A stretch of DNA of 40,277 bases, taken from a virus. Location: IMG/VR virus record IMGVR_UViG_3300031669_000087. One strand, given 5' to 3'. The translations under genes and the position numbers were made by a program. Positions 30,502 to 39,853 of this stretch are shown one piece after another. The notes beneath the pieces were generated by a model. That model saw only the letters and a list, made by a program, of their open reading frames with translations. It made no database searches and had not been told where the DNA came from. Within the stretch, counting starts at the first letter, position 1, and each line of letters starts with the position of its first letter.

Positions 30502-30965
30502 TGGCAGCCCTGGCGGTGATGGCCGCCCCATATCTGATGGCCGGCTCTGCGGCGCTTATGGCGGTGGGGGCTATTCGGCAAGGGCAAGCCGCAGCGGCTT
30601 CCGCAGATTACAACGCCAAGGTGGCCCAGCAGAATTCTCAGATCGCGGGCGACCAAGGAAACGCCGCAGTCGAAGCCCAACAGCGGGACGCCCAGCGCAG
30701 GATGGGGGCCGCAGTAGCGGCCTACGGCGCATCCGGGGTCCAGCTTTCAGATGGCTCACCCATGGACGTTCTTGAGGAGAGCGCCCGGAATTCGGCGCTT
30801 GACGCGGCCACGCTGAAATACAACTACAAGCTGCGGGGCATGGGGTTTGACAACCAAGCCAGCCTGTATTCCGCGCAGTCGGGATTCGCGTCTACGGCAG
30901 GATACCTTAACGCTGGCGCGACTTTGGCGTCCGGAACCGCGCAAGCGATCAAGTTTGGTGGGTGA
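30498..30965 (+). CDS. Internal virion protein (T7 gp14 position)
   Basis: 155 aa. It has a hydrophobic N-terminus (AALAVMAAPYLMAGSAALMAVGAI) followed by an Ala/Gln-rich helical sequence. The start is either GTG 30498 or ATG 30501. Confidence 0.5.
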   Translation: MMAALAVMAAPYLMAGSAALMAVGAIRQGQAAAASADYNAKVAQQNSQIAGDQGNAAVEAQQRDAQRRMGAAVAAYGASGVQLSDGSPMDVLEESARNSALDAATLKYNYKLRGMGFDNQASLYSAQSGFASTAGYLNAGATLASGTAQAIKFGG

Positions 30966-30968
30966 GCC

Positions 30969-32969
30969 ATGCCGAAGATCCAGGGATACGAAAACCAGAT
31001 CGGCGCTCAGGGGGGCATCAACTCTCAGGCGAGCCCGCTAGACTTTGGTGCTGGCGTGGGCGAGGGGCTACAGCGGGTGGGCGGCGCCATGGGCGACGTC
31101 GCCAACCAGATGTATCAGCAGCGAGTGGCACAAAATTCTACCGACGTTCACTCGTTTTTCTTCAACGCCCGCGAGCAGTGGACGAAGTCTCTTCAGACCA
31201 GGACCAACGAAGCTACTCCCGGGGACGACACGTTTGAACCGAAGCTTACAGAAGATATGGGTAAGTGGTTGTCAGATAATTCTAGTGTAGCGACTACGCC
31301 GGAAACACGTAGGCTTTACCAGTCACTATCGGCTGCGATGGTGAGCGAGTTCGGCCAGAGGGCGATTACGACCCAGGCGCAGCTCGCGGGCGTAGCGGCG
31401 CGGAACCAGACTACAGCGATGGTCAGGTCTGCCGGTGATACGGCGTTCAATGACCCTACCCAGAGGGACCAGCTTCAGGCCAACCTAACCTCGGCGTTCA
31501 ATGACCCCAAGAGCATCTACGCCAAAATCCCGAAACCTGCTCGGGATGCCATGCTGGCCGAAGCCAAGAACTCCGTGGATCAGGCCACAGTTCGGGGCAT
31601 CGTCAGGGCCAATCCAGACGTCGTGCTGGGCGCGGTGGCGCCCGCCCAGCTCGACCAGTTCAAGCCTTGGCAGAATCTCATTCAGACCTACGTCGCGCCT
31701 GGCGGCAAAGCGAACATCTCCGATGCCACAATGGCGCAGGCGCCCATCTTCACGAAGGCTGCGGCCGAGAAGGGGCTGAATCCCAACATCCTCATGGCCA
31801 TGGCCGACAAGATCCCCGGCACGGATCCCGCGGCTCTGGCCAAGGACATGGGAACTTTGGTGAGCCACTATGGCGGGGACTACGCCAAGGCTGCCGTGGC
31901 GTATCAGGTCGGCACGACTCAGCTCGATAACATCCTGCGAGTGAACGGCTCGAATTGGGAAGCCGCGCTCACGCCCGAGGCTAAGACCTACGTCGATTCT
32001 GTGATGCAGGACTCCGGTTCGGTGGCCTCACCGAACGCCGGCCAGGTGGTAGCGCCCCAGATGAACGCATCGCCCGTGGCCGCGCCTGCATCAACGCCCA
32101 TCCAGAACTCGGCCATTCCCGCATTCAACGGTCTGACTTGGGAGCAGCAGGACCAGGCGGTCAACGAATCAGTTCGGCTCCAGCAGCTTCGGATGACGAT
32201 GGCCGAACACGCCCGGGGAGAGGCTGATCGGATCCAAGGGAAGCAGCAAGAGGCCGCGATCAACGGATACATCAGCCGCATTTATGCCCCCTCTGACAAC
32301 GGCGGTTCCCCCGCAGTAAGTGAGATCGCCAACGATACGACGCTGACTGGCGAGCAGAAGAACCGGGTCGTCAGCATCATGATGAGTTATCAGCGGGAGT
32401 TGAAGAACAACGCCGAGACCAAGTCCAACCCATGGATGTTGAACCGACTTGGGGCCGACATGGTCGCTGCGGACAATGACCCGACCCGGGCTCCCAGTCT
32501 GGACGACTCACAGTCGGCGCTGGCCCGCGGTCAGATCTCACTCAACGATTACATGCGACTCCAGGGGGTCTACAGTAGCTTGAAGGACGCCAACGGGAAC
32601 AGCTTCGTTCACCAGTTGAGCGCCCACGTGCAAGACGCCCGCCGAGCGTTCCTGGCCATGCCCCAGTTCATCATGAACCCCGCTGGCGCGGAGCAGGCCG
32701 CAGCCCAGTTGCAGGGAGACCTACAGGACAAGGTTCAAGAGTTCCGAAAAGAAGGCAAAAACCCGCGGGCACTACTGAATCCCTCCGATCCGAACTACTT
32801 CTTCAAGCCCGGCACGTTGAACTCCTATGCTGTGGGGGCTCGGGGAGCGCTAGCCGACAAGGCTGCGGCCGTCGTGAAGGCATCTGTGGCTCCGGGGGCT
32901 ATCGTGAAGGGATACCGATTCAAGGGTGGCGACCCTGCCAACAAGGCCAACTGGGAGAAAGCTGAATGA
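30969..32969 (+). CDS. Internal virion / ejected protein (T7 gp15 position) with an SLT-like segment
   Basis: 666 aa, mostly helical. The segment AAAEKGLNPNILMAMADK...HYGGDYAKAAVAYQVGTTQL resembles the outer helices of lytic transglycosylase domains. Confidence 0.5.
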   Translation: MPKIQGYENQIGAQGGINSQASPLDFGAGVGEGLQRVGGAMGDVANQMYQQRVAQNSTDVHSFFFNAREQWTKSLQTRTNEATPGDDTFEPKLTEDMGKWLSDNSSVATTPETRRLYQSLSAAMVSEFGQRAITTQAQLAGVAARNQTTAMVRSAGDTAFNDPTQRDQLQANLTSAFNDPKSIYAKIPKPARDAMLAEAKNSVDQATVRGIVRANPDVVLGAVAPAQLDQFKPWQNLIQTYVAPGGKANISDATMAQAPIFTKAAAEKGLNPNILMAMADKIPGTDPAALAKDMGTLVSHYGGDYAKAAVAYQVGTTQLDNILRVNGSNWEAALTPEAKTYVDSVMQDSGSVASPNAGQVVAPQMNASPVAAPASTPIQNSAIPAFNGLTWEQQDQAVNESVRLQQLRMTMAEHARGEADRIQGKQQEAAINGYISRIYAPSDNGGSPAVSEIANDTTLTGEQKNRVVSIMMSYQRELKNNAETKSNPWMLNRLGADMVAADNDPTRAPSLDDSQSALARGQISLNDYMRLQGVYSSLKDANGNSFVHQLSAHVQDARRAFLAMPQFIMNPAGAEQAAAQLQGDLQDKVQEFRKEGKNPRALLNPSDPNYFFKPGTLNSYAVGARGALADKAAAVVKASVAPGAIVKGYRFKGGDPANKANWEKAE

Positions 32970-35900
32970 GCGGCCCCTGGGATGACTACACGCAACAGCC
33001 TGCGGCCCCCGCCCCGCCTCAGGAAGCCGGCCCTTGGGATGACTTTGCCCAACCGGCGTCTTCCTTCTGGGGCAACCTCGGCAAGGCGTTCAATCCGGTC
33101 ATGCGGGTCACAGTTGGCGCACTGTCCGGAGGCCCAGTGGGCGCGGTTGCCGGGTTACTGACCGCTGCGCAGCAAGCATCCGAGCCTGTCCAGCCTACCC
33201 GGATGGCCCACGGGGCTCTTGAAGCGGCCCAGGCAGGGTATCAGGCATCGGCCACAGGCCTGCTTCAGCGGGGCCGGCTTCCCGACATCGTGCTCGACCC
33301 CTCCCATAAGAAGTGGTATGAATCAGCCATCTCGGCCGCGGCGTCCACCATCTCCGATCTGCCTGAGATGATCGCGGGCGGGGCTGCGGCGGGTGTCGCT
33401 GGGCTACCGACTGGCCCGGGGGCCTTGGCCCTCGGCGGGGCCGCGGCCTTTGCCACACCTACCGCGATCCGCCAGGCGCTCATGACGGCGTATTCTCTGA
33501 ACCAGGTGCAGAGTTCGTCCGACTTCTTGAGCCGGGTCGGGGTCGGCATCGAGGAGACGGGAAAGTCTGCGATTGTTGGCGCCGCGATGGGCCCAGCCGG
33601 GCTCGGGGCGAAGTCCATCGTCGGCCCCGTGGCCGAGCGAGCCTTCGGAGAAGCGGGCGCAAAGATCGCTACCCAGGCCGCGGGCCTCGGGACTGAATAC
33701 GGCGTCCTCACCGTGGCCCCCGCCGCGCTTGAGGGTAGGCTCCCCGAGAAGGAAGATTTCATCAACAACGCCATCCTGTTGGGCGGGTTCCACGCGGCTG
33801 GCGCCGTGTCTCAGGGCCTCCAAAATGTCTATGCCCGAACTGGAGTTCGTCCCGAAGAAGTGGCCCGAGACGCGCAAGCGGACCCGACGATCCTGGAGGA
33901 CTTGGCGAAGACATCCGAATATGGTTCGGTGTCGTTCTCACCGAGCGCCCCAACCACAATCACTGTGCCAGAAGGGTTTAACGTAAGCTACACGAGTGCG
34001 GGTAAGCCGAGTTATATCGATACCCGTGGATCAGGTATCGTGCTGCACGGCACGTCTAGACCTATTGATAGCCCGAGCGATTTTCACTACTCGACTCAAA
34101 ACATCTACGGGCAGGGTTTTTACACTACTGACGGGCTTGACATAGCTAAAGGATATTCTAAAAAAGGTAGGGGCGGAAACCCAAACATATACGCAGTCAC
34201 AGTGGCGCCCGGTGTGGGGGATAAGCTGTTCGACATGGAACGGCCAGTAGCGGACCCGAAAATAATTGCCGCAGTGAACGGCGCCATCGGGGGTATGGAC
34301 ATACCGGACATAAAGCCAGGGGAGACCCTCAGGCAGTTCTACGACGCCGCTAGAGAGGAAAGCCACGATACCGGATACTCAGCTGACTCAATCCAAGAAC
34401 TATTTCAGAGCATTCAAGAAAACTTAAAAGACATGGGGTTCAGGGGGTTTTCTCACACAGGGGGCGGTTTTTCTGGAAGAGCCCCGCACTCAGTAAATAT
34501 ATTCTGGAATCCGGAAACGGACGTGAGCCTAAAGCCGCTGGACATCTCAAAATTCGAAGTGCCGAAAGCGCCTATTGGAACGCGAGGAGAATTGCAGCAG
34601 TTGTTTGGAAACCCGCCAGGGCCCGCGTCCACAGTTGAGCCGAATCCACTCAAGTCCACAGTCAACATCGCGGACTCTACCTCCTATCAAGGCGTCCGGC
34701 AGGGTCCGCTTATGGGGCCGATGGATGAGCGGATGGTGGCCCGGGATCCGGCGACTGGAAAAGACATGGGCCGACTTTGGGTCACGAAGACCCCCGAGGG
34801 GTTCGAGGTCCGGAAGGTGGAAGTGGATCCGAAGTTCCGGGGCCAGGACGTGGCCACACAACTTTATCTGGAGGCCCGGGATCGTTACGGCCCCTATCAG
34901 GGCAGCACGGACACAACCCCTGATGGGCAAGCGCTGCTCGCCAAGCTGCGGGAAAATCAGCCTGGTATATTCGAGCCTACTCAAGCAGCTCCCGTTCAGC
35001 CCGAGCCTGAAGTCCCTCGCGCCTACCGGGAAGCAGCCGATCAGCAGGCTGCGGCTGACGCCGTCCCCGGCATCCCAATTTCCGACACGACTCGCGCCAT
35101 CGCGTCTGACTTGTTCGGCCCTCGGGTGCAGGCGCCCGGTGAACCCGAGCCGACCCACGTCAACTACAAATACCTGAACACGCCTGAACAGGTGAATGGC
35201 GCCCTGGCCCGCATGTCCGACCTGAACCTGGAAGAGATCCAGAGGCAGCGTCGGGGCACCGTGCCCTGGGAGCAGACGGAGCATGAGGCCGGGGTTCACC
35301 TTGGTCGGCTGCTGGGATCAGATGGGCCCATTCAAGCCCGAGAGCCGGGGACGGCGGCCGGCGCTGCCGAGCTTCTGGGACGGAAGCAGATGGTTGAAGG
35401 TGCTGCCCTAGACACGGTCGCAAAGGCCAAGGCCATCGCTGAAGCCCCTGGCGCGGCGTCTCCTGAGCAGTTGGCCGATCTGCTGGTGAGCGTGGACAGG
35501 GCGTCCATGATCCAGTCTGAGTTCCTGGGCGCCCGCGCTGAAGCCGGCCGAGCCCTCAATATCCTGAAGGACACAAAGACGACGGCGGAACGCGCTGAGC
35601 AGATCCAGGCGGTCCTCGGTCGGTTCGGCAAAGACCCGGTTGAACTGGCAAAGCAGTTGGCCCAGATTGACAATCCGGAGGCCGCGGCCCGTGCGGCGCG
35701 CCGGATGACAGCGCCCGGTTGGGAACAGAAGGCATTGGAAGTGTGGAAGGCCGGCCTCGTTTCCGGGCCCGTTACCCAGGTGGCCAACATCATGGGCAAC
35801 ACAACCTATGCGGCCACTCGCCCTTTGGTAGATGCCACTGCCTCCATCTTCGGGATGCTGACCCGGGCCGAGGATCGGGTCCACTACACTGAGCCTCTGG

Positions 35901-37390
35901 CCCGTATCCTAGGTGACTTCCAAGGGACGATCGACGGGCTGAAGCAGGCTCGCACGGCGTTCATGGTAGAGGAGCCGGGGGGCAAGGCTGAGTCCAGAAA
36001 TGCCATCCCCGGCAAACTGGGGTATGTCATCCGGACGCCGTTCCGTGCGCTGGAGGCACTGGACGTCATGTTCCGCGCCATGAACGATAGAGGCGAAGCC
36101 TACGCCATGGGCGCCCGCGAAGCGGCCAAGGAAGGGCTGAACCCTGCTACTCGGGAGTTTCGGGAGCGAGCGGTGGATCTCGCCAACAACCCTCCTGAGG
36201 ACTGGATCGACTCCATCGAAGCGTTCGGCAAGCGGGCCACCTTCCGGATGCCCCTCGGGGAAAAAGGAAAGGCCATCACCGAAGCCATCGTCAAGAATCA
36301 CCTAGAATGGATCGTCCCATTCCGGGGGACGCCTGCCAATATCTTCAAGGAATTGACTCGGCTTTCCCCCGCCGCGCCCGTCATCGGGGAGTGGCGGGCC
36401 GACTGGGCCAAGGGCGGCGCAGACGCAGCAAAGGCCGTCGCTGAGATGACAGTAGGGTCCAGCATCGCGGCCCTCACCATGAACTACGCATTCAGCGGCC
36501 ACATCTCGGGCGCCGGCGACCCGGATCCCGCCAAGCGCCGGGTGCAGATGGCGGCTGGCTGGCAGCCCTATAGCGTGAAGATCGGTAACACCTGGTATTC
36601 CTATCAGCGGTTCCAGCCCGTGGGCACCCTCATTGGCATGGCGGCCGATGTCGCTGAGGTGTGGGAGCACATGAATCCGGAGGAGTCGGATAAGGTTCCT
36701 CGCATGCTGGCCGTGGCATTCTCCAACGCCGTGACGAATCAGACGTTTCTCCAGGGCATCACCATGCTGGTGGATGCGCTGTCTGAGCCGGATCGTCGCG
36801 GGCCCCGCCTCATTCAGAATATGACGGCGAGTGCAGTTCCCGCCGTGGTTGGGCAGACGGCCCAGTTCATGGACGACTACAAGCGGGAGATCACCAACAC
36901 CCGCGAGGCTGTGATGAATCGGATCCCTGGGCTGCGAGAGCAACTGCCCGTCCAGCGCGATCCTTGGGGCGAGCCGGCGATGAACCCCTCCCGCCTGGGG
37001 GTCATCTCACCCGTTATCGAGTCTACCCCGTCTCAGGACAAGGTCCGAACTGAAGCCGCCCGCCTGGGCGTAGGCGCCCAGAAAGCGCCCCAGGCCATCA
37101 CCATACCGACCCGGGGCTTGGTGCAGGGCTCAATGGCCCAGGTTCAGCTGACCCCCGAGCAGCGGGACGTCTTCGCTTCGGTCGCCGGCAAGACGGCCCA
37201 TCAGATCATGACCCAGATGGTCAACTCCCCAACCTGGGACGAGACTCCGGACGTCATCAAAGGCCGCATTTTCCAAGCGGTCATGGAAAAGTCCAACCGG
37301 CTCGGCCCCATGGCGGCACTTTCGGACAGCCAGAGGCAGCAGGAGATTGAGCGGGTTGTAGGAGAAGTGCAGAAGCGGCTCGAAAAGTAG
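32966..37390 (+). CDS. Large polyvalent internal / ejected protein (T7 gp16 position) with an ART-like domain
   Basis: 1474 aa. It has a Gly/Ala-rich hydrophobic N-terminal region, an H-Y-type ADP-ribosyltransferase-like block (VLHGTS...YGQGFYTTDGLDIAKGYS), a GNAT-motif-like segment, and a long helical C-terminal region. Confidence 0.6.
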   Translation: MSGPWDDYTQQPAAPAPPQEAGPWDDFAQPASSFWGNLGKAFNPVMRVTVGALSGGPVGAVAGLLTAAQQASEPVQPTRMAHGALEAAQAGYQASATGLLQRGRLPDIVLDPSHKKWYESAISAAASTISDLPEMIAGGAAAGVAGLPTGPGALALGGAAAFATPTAIRQALMTAYSLNQVQSSSDFLSRVGVGIEETGKSAIVGAAMGPAGLGAKSIVGPVAERAFGEAGAKIATQAAGLGTEYGVLTVAPAALEGRLPEKEDFINNAILLGGFHAAGAVSQGLQNVYARTGVRPEEVARDAQADPTILEDLAKTSEYGSVSFSPSAPTTITVPEGFNVSYTSAGKPSYIDTRGSGIVLHGTSRPIDSPSDFHYSTQNIYGQGFYTTDGLDIAKGYSKKGRGGNPNIYAVTVAPGVGDKLFDMERPVADPKIIAAVNGAIGGMDIPDIKPGETLRQFYDAAREESHDTGYSADSIQELFQSIQENLKDMGFRGFSHTGGGFSGRAPHSVNIFWNPETDVSLKPLDISKFEVPKAPIGTRGELQQLFGNPPGPASTVEPNPLKSTVNIADSTSYQGVRQGPLMGPMDERMVARDPATGKDMGRLWVTKTPEGFEVRKVEVDPKFRGQDVATQLYLEARDRYGPYQGSTDTTPDGQALLAKLRENQPGIFEPTQAAPVQPEPEVPRAYREAADQQAAADAVPGIPISDTTRAIASDLFGPRVQAPGEPEPTHVNYKYLNTPEQVNGALARMSDLNLEEIQRQRRGTVPWEQTEHEAGVHLGRLLGSDGPIQAREPGTAAGAAELLGRKQMVEGAALDTVAKAKAIAEAPGAASPEQLADLLVSVDRASMIQSEFLGARAEAGRALNILKDTKTTAERAEQIQAVLGRFGKDPVELAKQLAQIDNPEAAARAARRMTAPGWEQKALEVWKAGLVSGPVTQVANIMGNTTYAATRPLVDATASIFGMLTRAEDRVHYTEPLARILGDFQGTIDGLKQARTAFMVEEPGGKAESRNAIPGKLGYVIRTPFRALEALDVMFRAMNDRGEAYAMGAREAAKEGLNPATREFRERAVDLANNPPEDWIDSIEAFGKRATFRMPLGEKGKAITEAIVKNHLEWIVPFRGTPANIFKELTRLSPAAPVIGEWRADWAKGGADAAKAVAEMTVGSSIAALTMNYAFSGHISGAGDPDPAKRRVQMAAGWQPYSVKIGNTWYSYQRFQPVGTLIGMAADVAEVWEHMNPEESDKVPRMLAVAFSNAVTNQTFLQGITMLVDALSEPDRRGPRLIQNMTASAVPAVVGQTAQFMDDYKREITNTREAVMNRIPGLREQLPVQRDPWGEPAMNPSRLGVISPVIESTPSQDKVRTEAARLGVGAQKAPQAITIPTRGLVQGSMAQVQLTPEQRDVFASVAGKTAHQIMTQMVNSPTWDETPDVIKGRIFQAVMEKSNRLGPMAALSDSQRQQEIERVVGEVQKRLEK

Positions 37391-37429
37391 TCCCGATCAG
37401 TCTAAAATTTACCAAGCAGGAGATGTCCC

Positions 37430-39643
37430 ATGACCGTTTCAGCGACGCCTTACAAAGAAAGCTACACGGGGAATGGGGTCACTACCGCCTTCCCAGTGCC
37501 GTTCTACTTCCTCGTGGACACCGACCTGGCGGTAAGCGACGTGGACAACACCGTCACGCCAGCGGTCATCACGCCCCTGGCGATCAATATCGGCTACACG
37601 GTGGCGGGAGCTGGAACGCCTACGGGGGGCGTCGTCAACACGACAGTTCCTGTGGCCGTCGGTCACGGGCTCACCGTGGAGCGATCCCTCGCGGAGGACC
37701 AGCCGACGCATTTCGTGGATGGCGATCCACTTCCAGCTTCGGGCCTGGAGCAGGCGCTGGACCGCATCGTCATGCTCTATCAGCAGGCTAAGGCGGCGCT
37801 CGATCGGTCAGCTAAGTTCGTCGTCGGGAGCACATCCGCTACGGATTTGCCTGAACCTGCTGAGGGCTACGTGCTCGGGTGGGTGAGCGGCAAACTCAGG
37901 AACTTGGCCGCTGCCTCGGCCCAGTTGGCAGCGGATCTCCTCAGCACGGCCATCGGCAAGGGCGCTTCCCTCATCGGCTACCTCGCTCCCTACACGGGGG
38001 CTGTGGCGGTGACTCAGGCATCACAGAATGCAAATACGCTGAATGTTAAGAACTTTGGCGTGGTTGGTGACGGAACGACCGACGATTCAGCGGCCCTGAA
38101 CGCTTTCTTCACCAACATGGTCTCGGGCGTGCTGGGCACCTGCAAGCGGGTCATCTTCCCCAACGGTCGCTACAAGATCGGGTCCACCGTCACCATCCCC
38201 CCGTTCTCCGGGGCGTCGATGAACCTTGACCAGCGATCCAGCGATGGTATGGACTGGGAAATCGACTTCTGCCGGTCCTCCATCATCTGCGCTTGTGACC
38301 AACCATTCGCCTTAACCGCTGGAACCTACCCCGCAAGTCGCAACCAGCTATACATCCATGACGGCATCTTTGTCCCTTCGGGTGCCCAGGCCGTAACGGC
38401 AGCTTTCTACATGACGGGATCGCGGTATTGGCAGATCCAATTCGAGAGGATCAGCGCCAACAAGTGGAATGGAACCTTCGGGACCATCGTCAGCTACTAC
38501 AACGACAGCGCCAGTTTCCAGGGCGGCATGATCTCTCTGAAGCATATCGAAGGCATCAACACCGCTAACATCATCACCTTTGGGGCCAATGCCGGAAGCA
38601 TCGCGGCTGGGACCAATGTGGTAGATAACTTCCAGATGGAGGATATCTACCACCAGTGCGCGGATGCCTCTAGTAGCACCATCAAACTGACCAGTTTCAA
38701 CCTATACGCGTCCAACCTCCAGAAGATCATCACCGCTGGTCTAGGTAAGATCGTGGACGGGAACGGGAACTACATCACGTCAGCAACCATGACGGGCTTC
38801 TACTGGGAGCCTTCTGGGGTTGCAGCGGTAAATGCTCTGGAATGCCAAATCGCCTACTCGACAATTAGCAACTTCAAGGCCATTGCCAATAGCTCCACCC
38901 AGACGGTGCGGTGGCTTGTCGGAGATATACGATTTAGCCGAATCTCAAATGTCCATGTGGATGCATCGAACCTTTCAGGGGCGCATCCTTACTCAAATGG
39001 CAGTTACATCATCATGTATCTGACCGATGGGCGCGGCAACATTTACGACGGCTACACCCCATCCGAGTGGAATAATTGTCGCGACATCGCCGCTACCAAC
39101 CGGCTTGGGACCGTCCTGGGGGTGTCGGATGACATGTGCCTGCTGGACAGTATCGACGCCAACCCTACGGGCATCACAACCAGCACAACCACCATCCTAG
39201 CCACCAGCCCATACAATCTACTTTCCATCCTGGAGGGTGGGACCTCCGTGGTTCTGGATGTCCAGTTCCACGGCTACGGCAGCGACGCCACATCTAAGAT
39301 GGTGCAGAACAATCTGGTCATCGGCACCACCACGGTCAACATCGGCGGTGCGATTACCCTAGGTTCCGGGGCCTACCTATCACGGGCGAAGGTGATCCTG
39401 GCACCAGCTTCTGGATCAACCTGGGATCTGTTCGTCCTCAACTCAGAGTCGATCAACCAGGCGGGGACGATTACGTATTCCAGCATTGGTATGATCCAAG
39501 TTGCCTCTTCCGTGGTGGTCAACTCCACCGATTCTGTGGCGTTGAACGTGGTGACAACCGGGATGTCTGCGGGTGCCGTGTGGCCGATCTCCGCAACCCT
39601 GTCCCGCATCGGACGCGGGATGGCAAACATGGTCAATCCGTAA
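37430..39643 (+). CDS. Tail fiber / tailspike with conserved N-terminal anchor and pectate-lyase-type beta-helix
   Basis: The N-terminus YKESYTGNGVTTAFPVPFYFLVDTDLAV...LEQALDRIVMLYQQ is a common podovirus fiber anchor. LNVKNFGVVGDGTTDDSAALNAFF is the typical start of the pectate_lyase_3 / P22-tailspike-like beta-helix. Confidence 0.75.
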   Translation: MTVSATPYKESYTGNGVTTAFPVPFYFLVDTDLAVSDVDNTVTPAVITPLAINIGYTVAGAGTPTGGVVNTTVPVAVGHGLTVERSLAEDQPTHFVDGDPLPASGLEQALDRIVMLYQQAKAALDRSAKFVVGSTSATDLPEPAEGYVLGWVSGKLRNLAAASAQLAADLLSTAIGKGASLIGYLAPYTGAVAVTQASQNANTLNVKNFGVVGDGTTDDSAALNAFFTNMVSGVLGTCKRVIFPNGRYKIGSTVTIPPFSGASMNLDQRSSDGMDWEIDFCRSSIICACDQPFALTAGTYPASRNQLYIHDGIFVPSGAQAVTAAFYMTGSRYWQIQFERISANKWNGTFGTIVSYYNDSASFQGGMISLKHIEGINTANIITFGANAGSIAAGTNVVDNFQMEDIYHQCADASSSTIKLTSFNLYASNLQKIITAGLGKIVDGNGNYITSATMTGFYWEPSGVAAVNALECQIAYSTISNFKAIANSSTQTVRWLVGDIRFSRISNVHVDASNLSGAHPYSNGSYIIMYLTDGRGNIYDGYTPSEWNNCRDIAATNRLGTVLGVSDDMCLLDSIDANPTGITTSTTTILATSPYNLLSILEGGTSVVLDVQFHGYGSDATSKMVQNNLVIGTTTVNIGGAITLGSGAYLSRAKVILAPASGSTWDLFVLNSESINQAGTITYSSIGMIQVASSVVVNSTDSVALNVVTTGMSAGAVWPISATLSRIGRGMANMVNP

Positions 39644-39734
39644 GCTTGTGCAGCCCTTAGCGCGAAGCAAACTCACCTGATTTTTTGATCGCAGCAGCCC
39701 AGCGATGTGACCGCCGACAGAAAGGAGAAAGCGC

Positions 39735-39785
39735 ATGAGCTTTGACCAAGCATTCAGCCGACTCATCGCCAGCGAGGGCGCCTAG
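39735..39785 (+). pseudogene. Decayed duplicate of the endolysin 5' end (16-codon ORF with its own RBS)
   Basis: AGGAGAAAGCGC-ATG AGC TTT GAC CAA GCA TTC AGC CGA CTC ATC GCC AGC GAG GGC GCC TAG translates to MSFDQAFSRLIASEGA. The real start at 39854 reads MDFDTAFSRLIDSEGGY, and the RBS region is also similar. Confidence 0.6.
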
Positions 39786-39853
39786 CATCCGCACAGCATC
39801 CGGAGCGCCAAGAGGCAGCGGGCTGAAACCCCGCAAACACAGGAGAAAAAGCC

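Noticed and set aside
39644-39695. A possible terminator after the tailspike gene (gcttgtgc ... gcgcgaagc, then a tttttt run).
   Set aside because: The stem is imperfect, with a bulge and a G-U pair, and the T-run begins about 12 nt after the stem. It is too weak to call.
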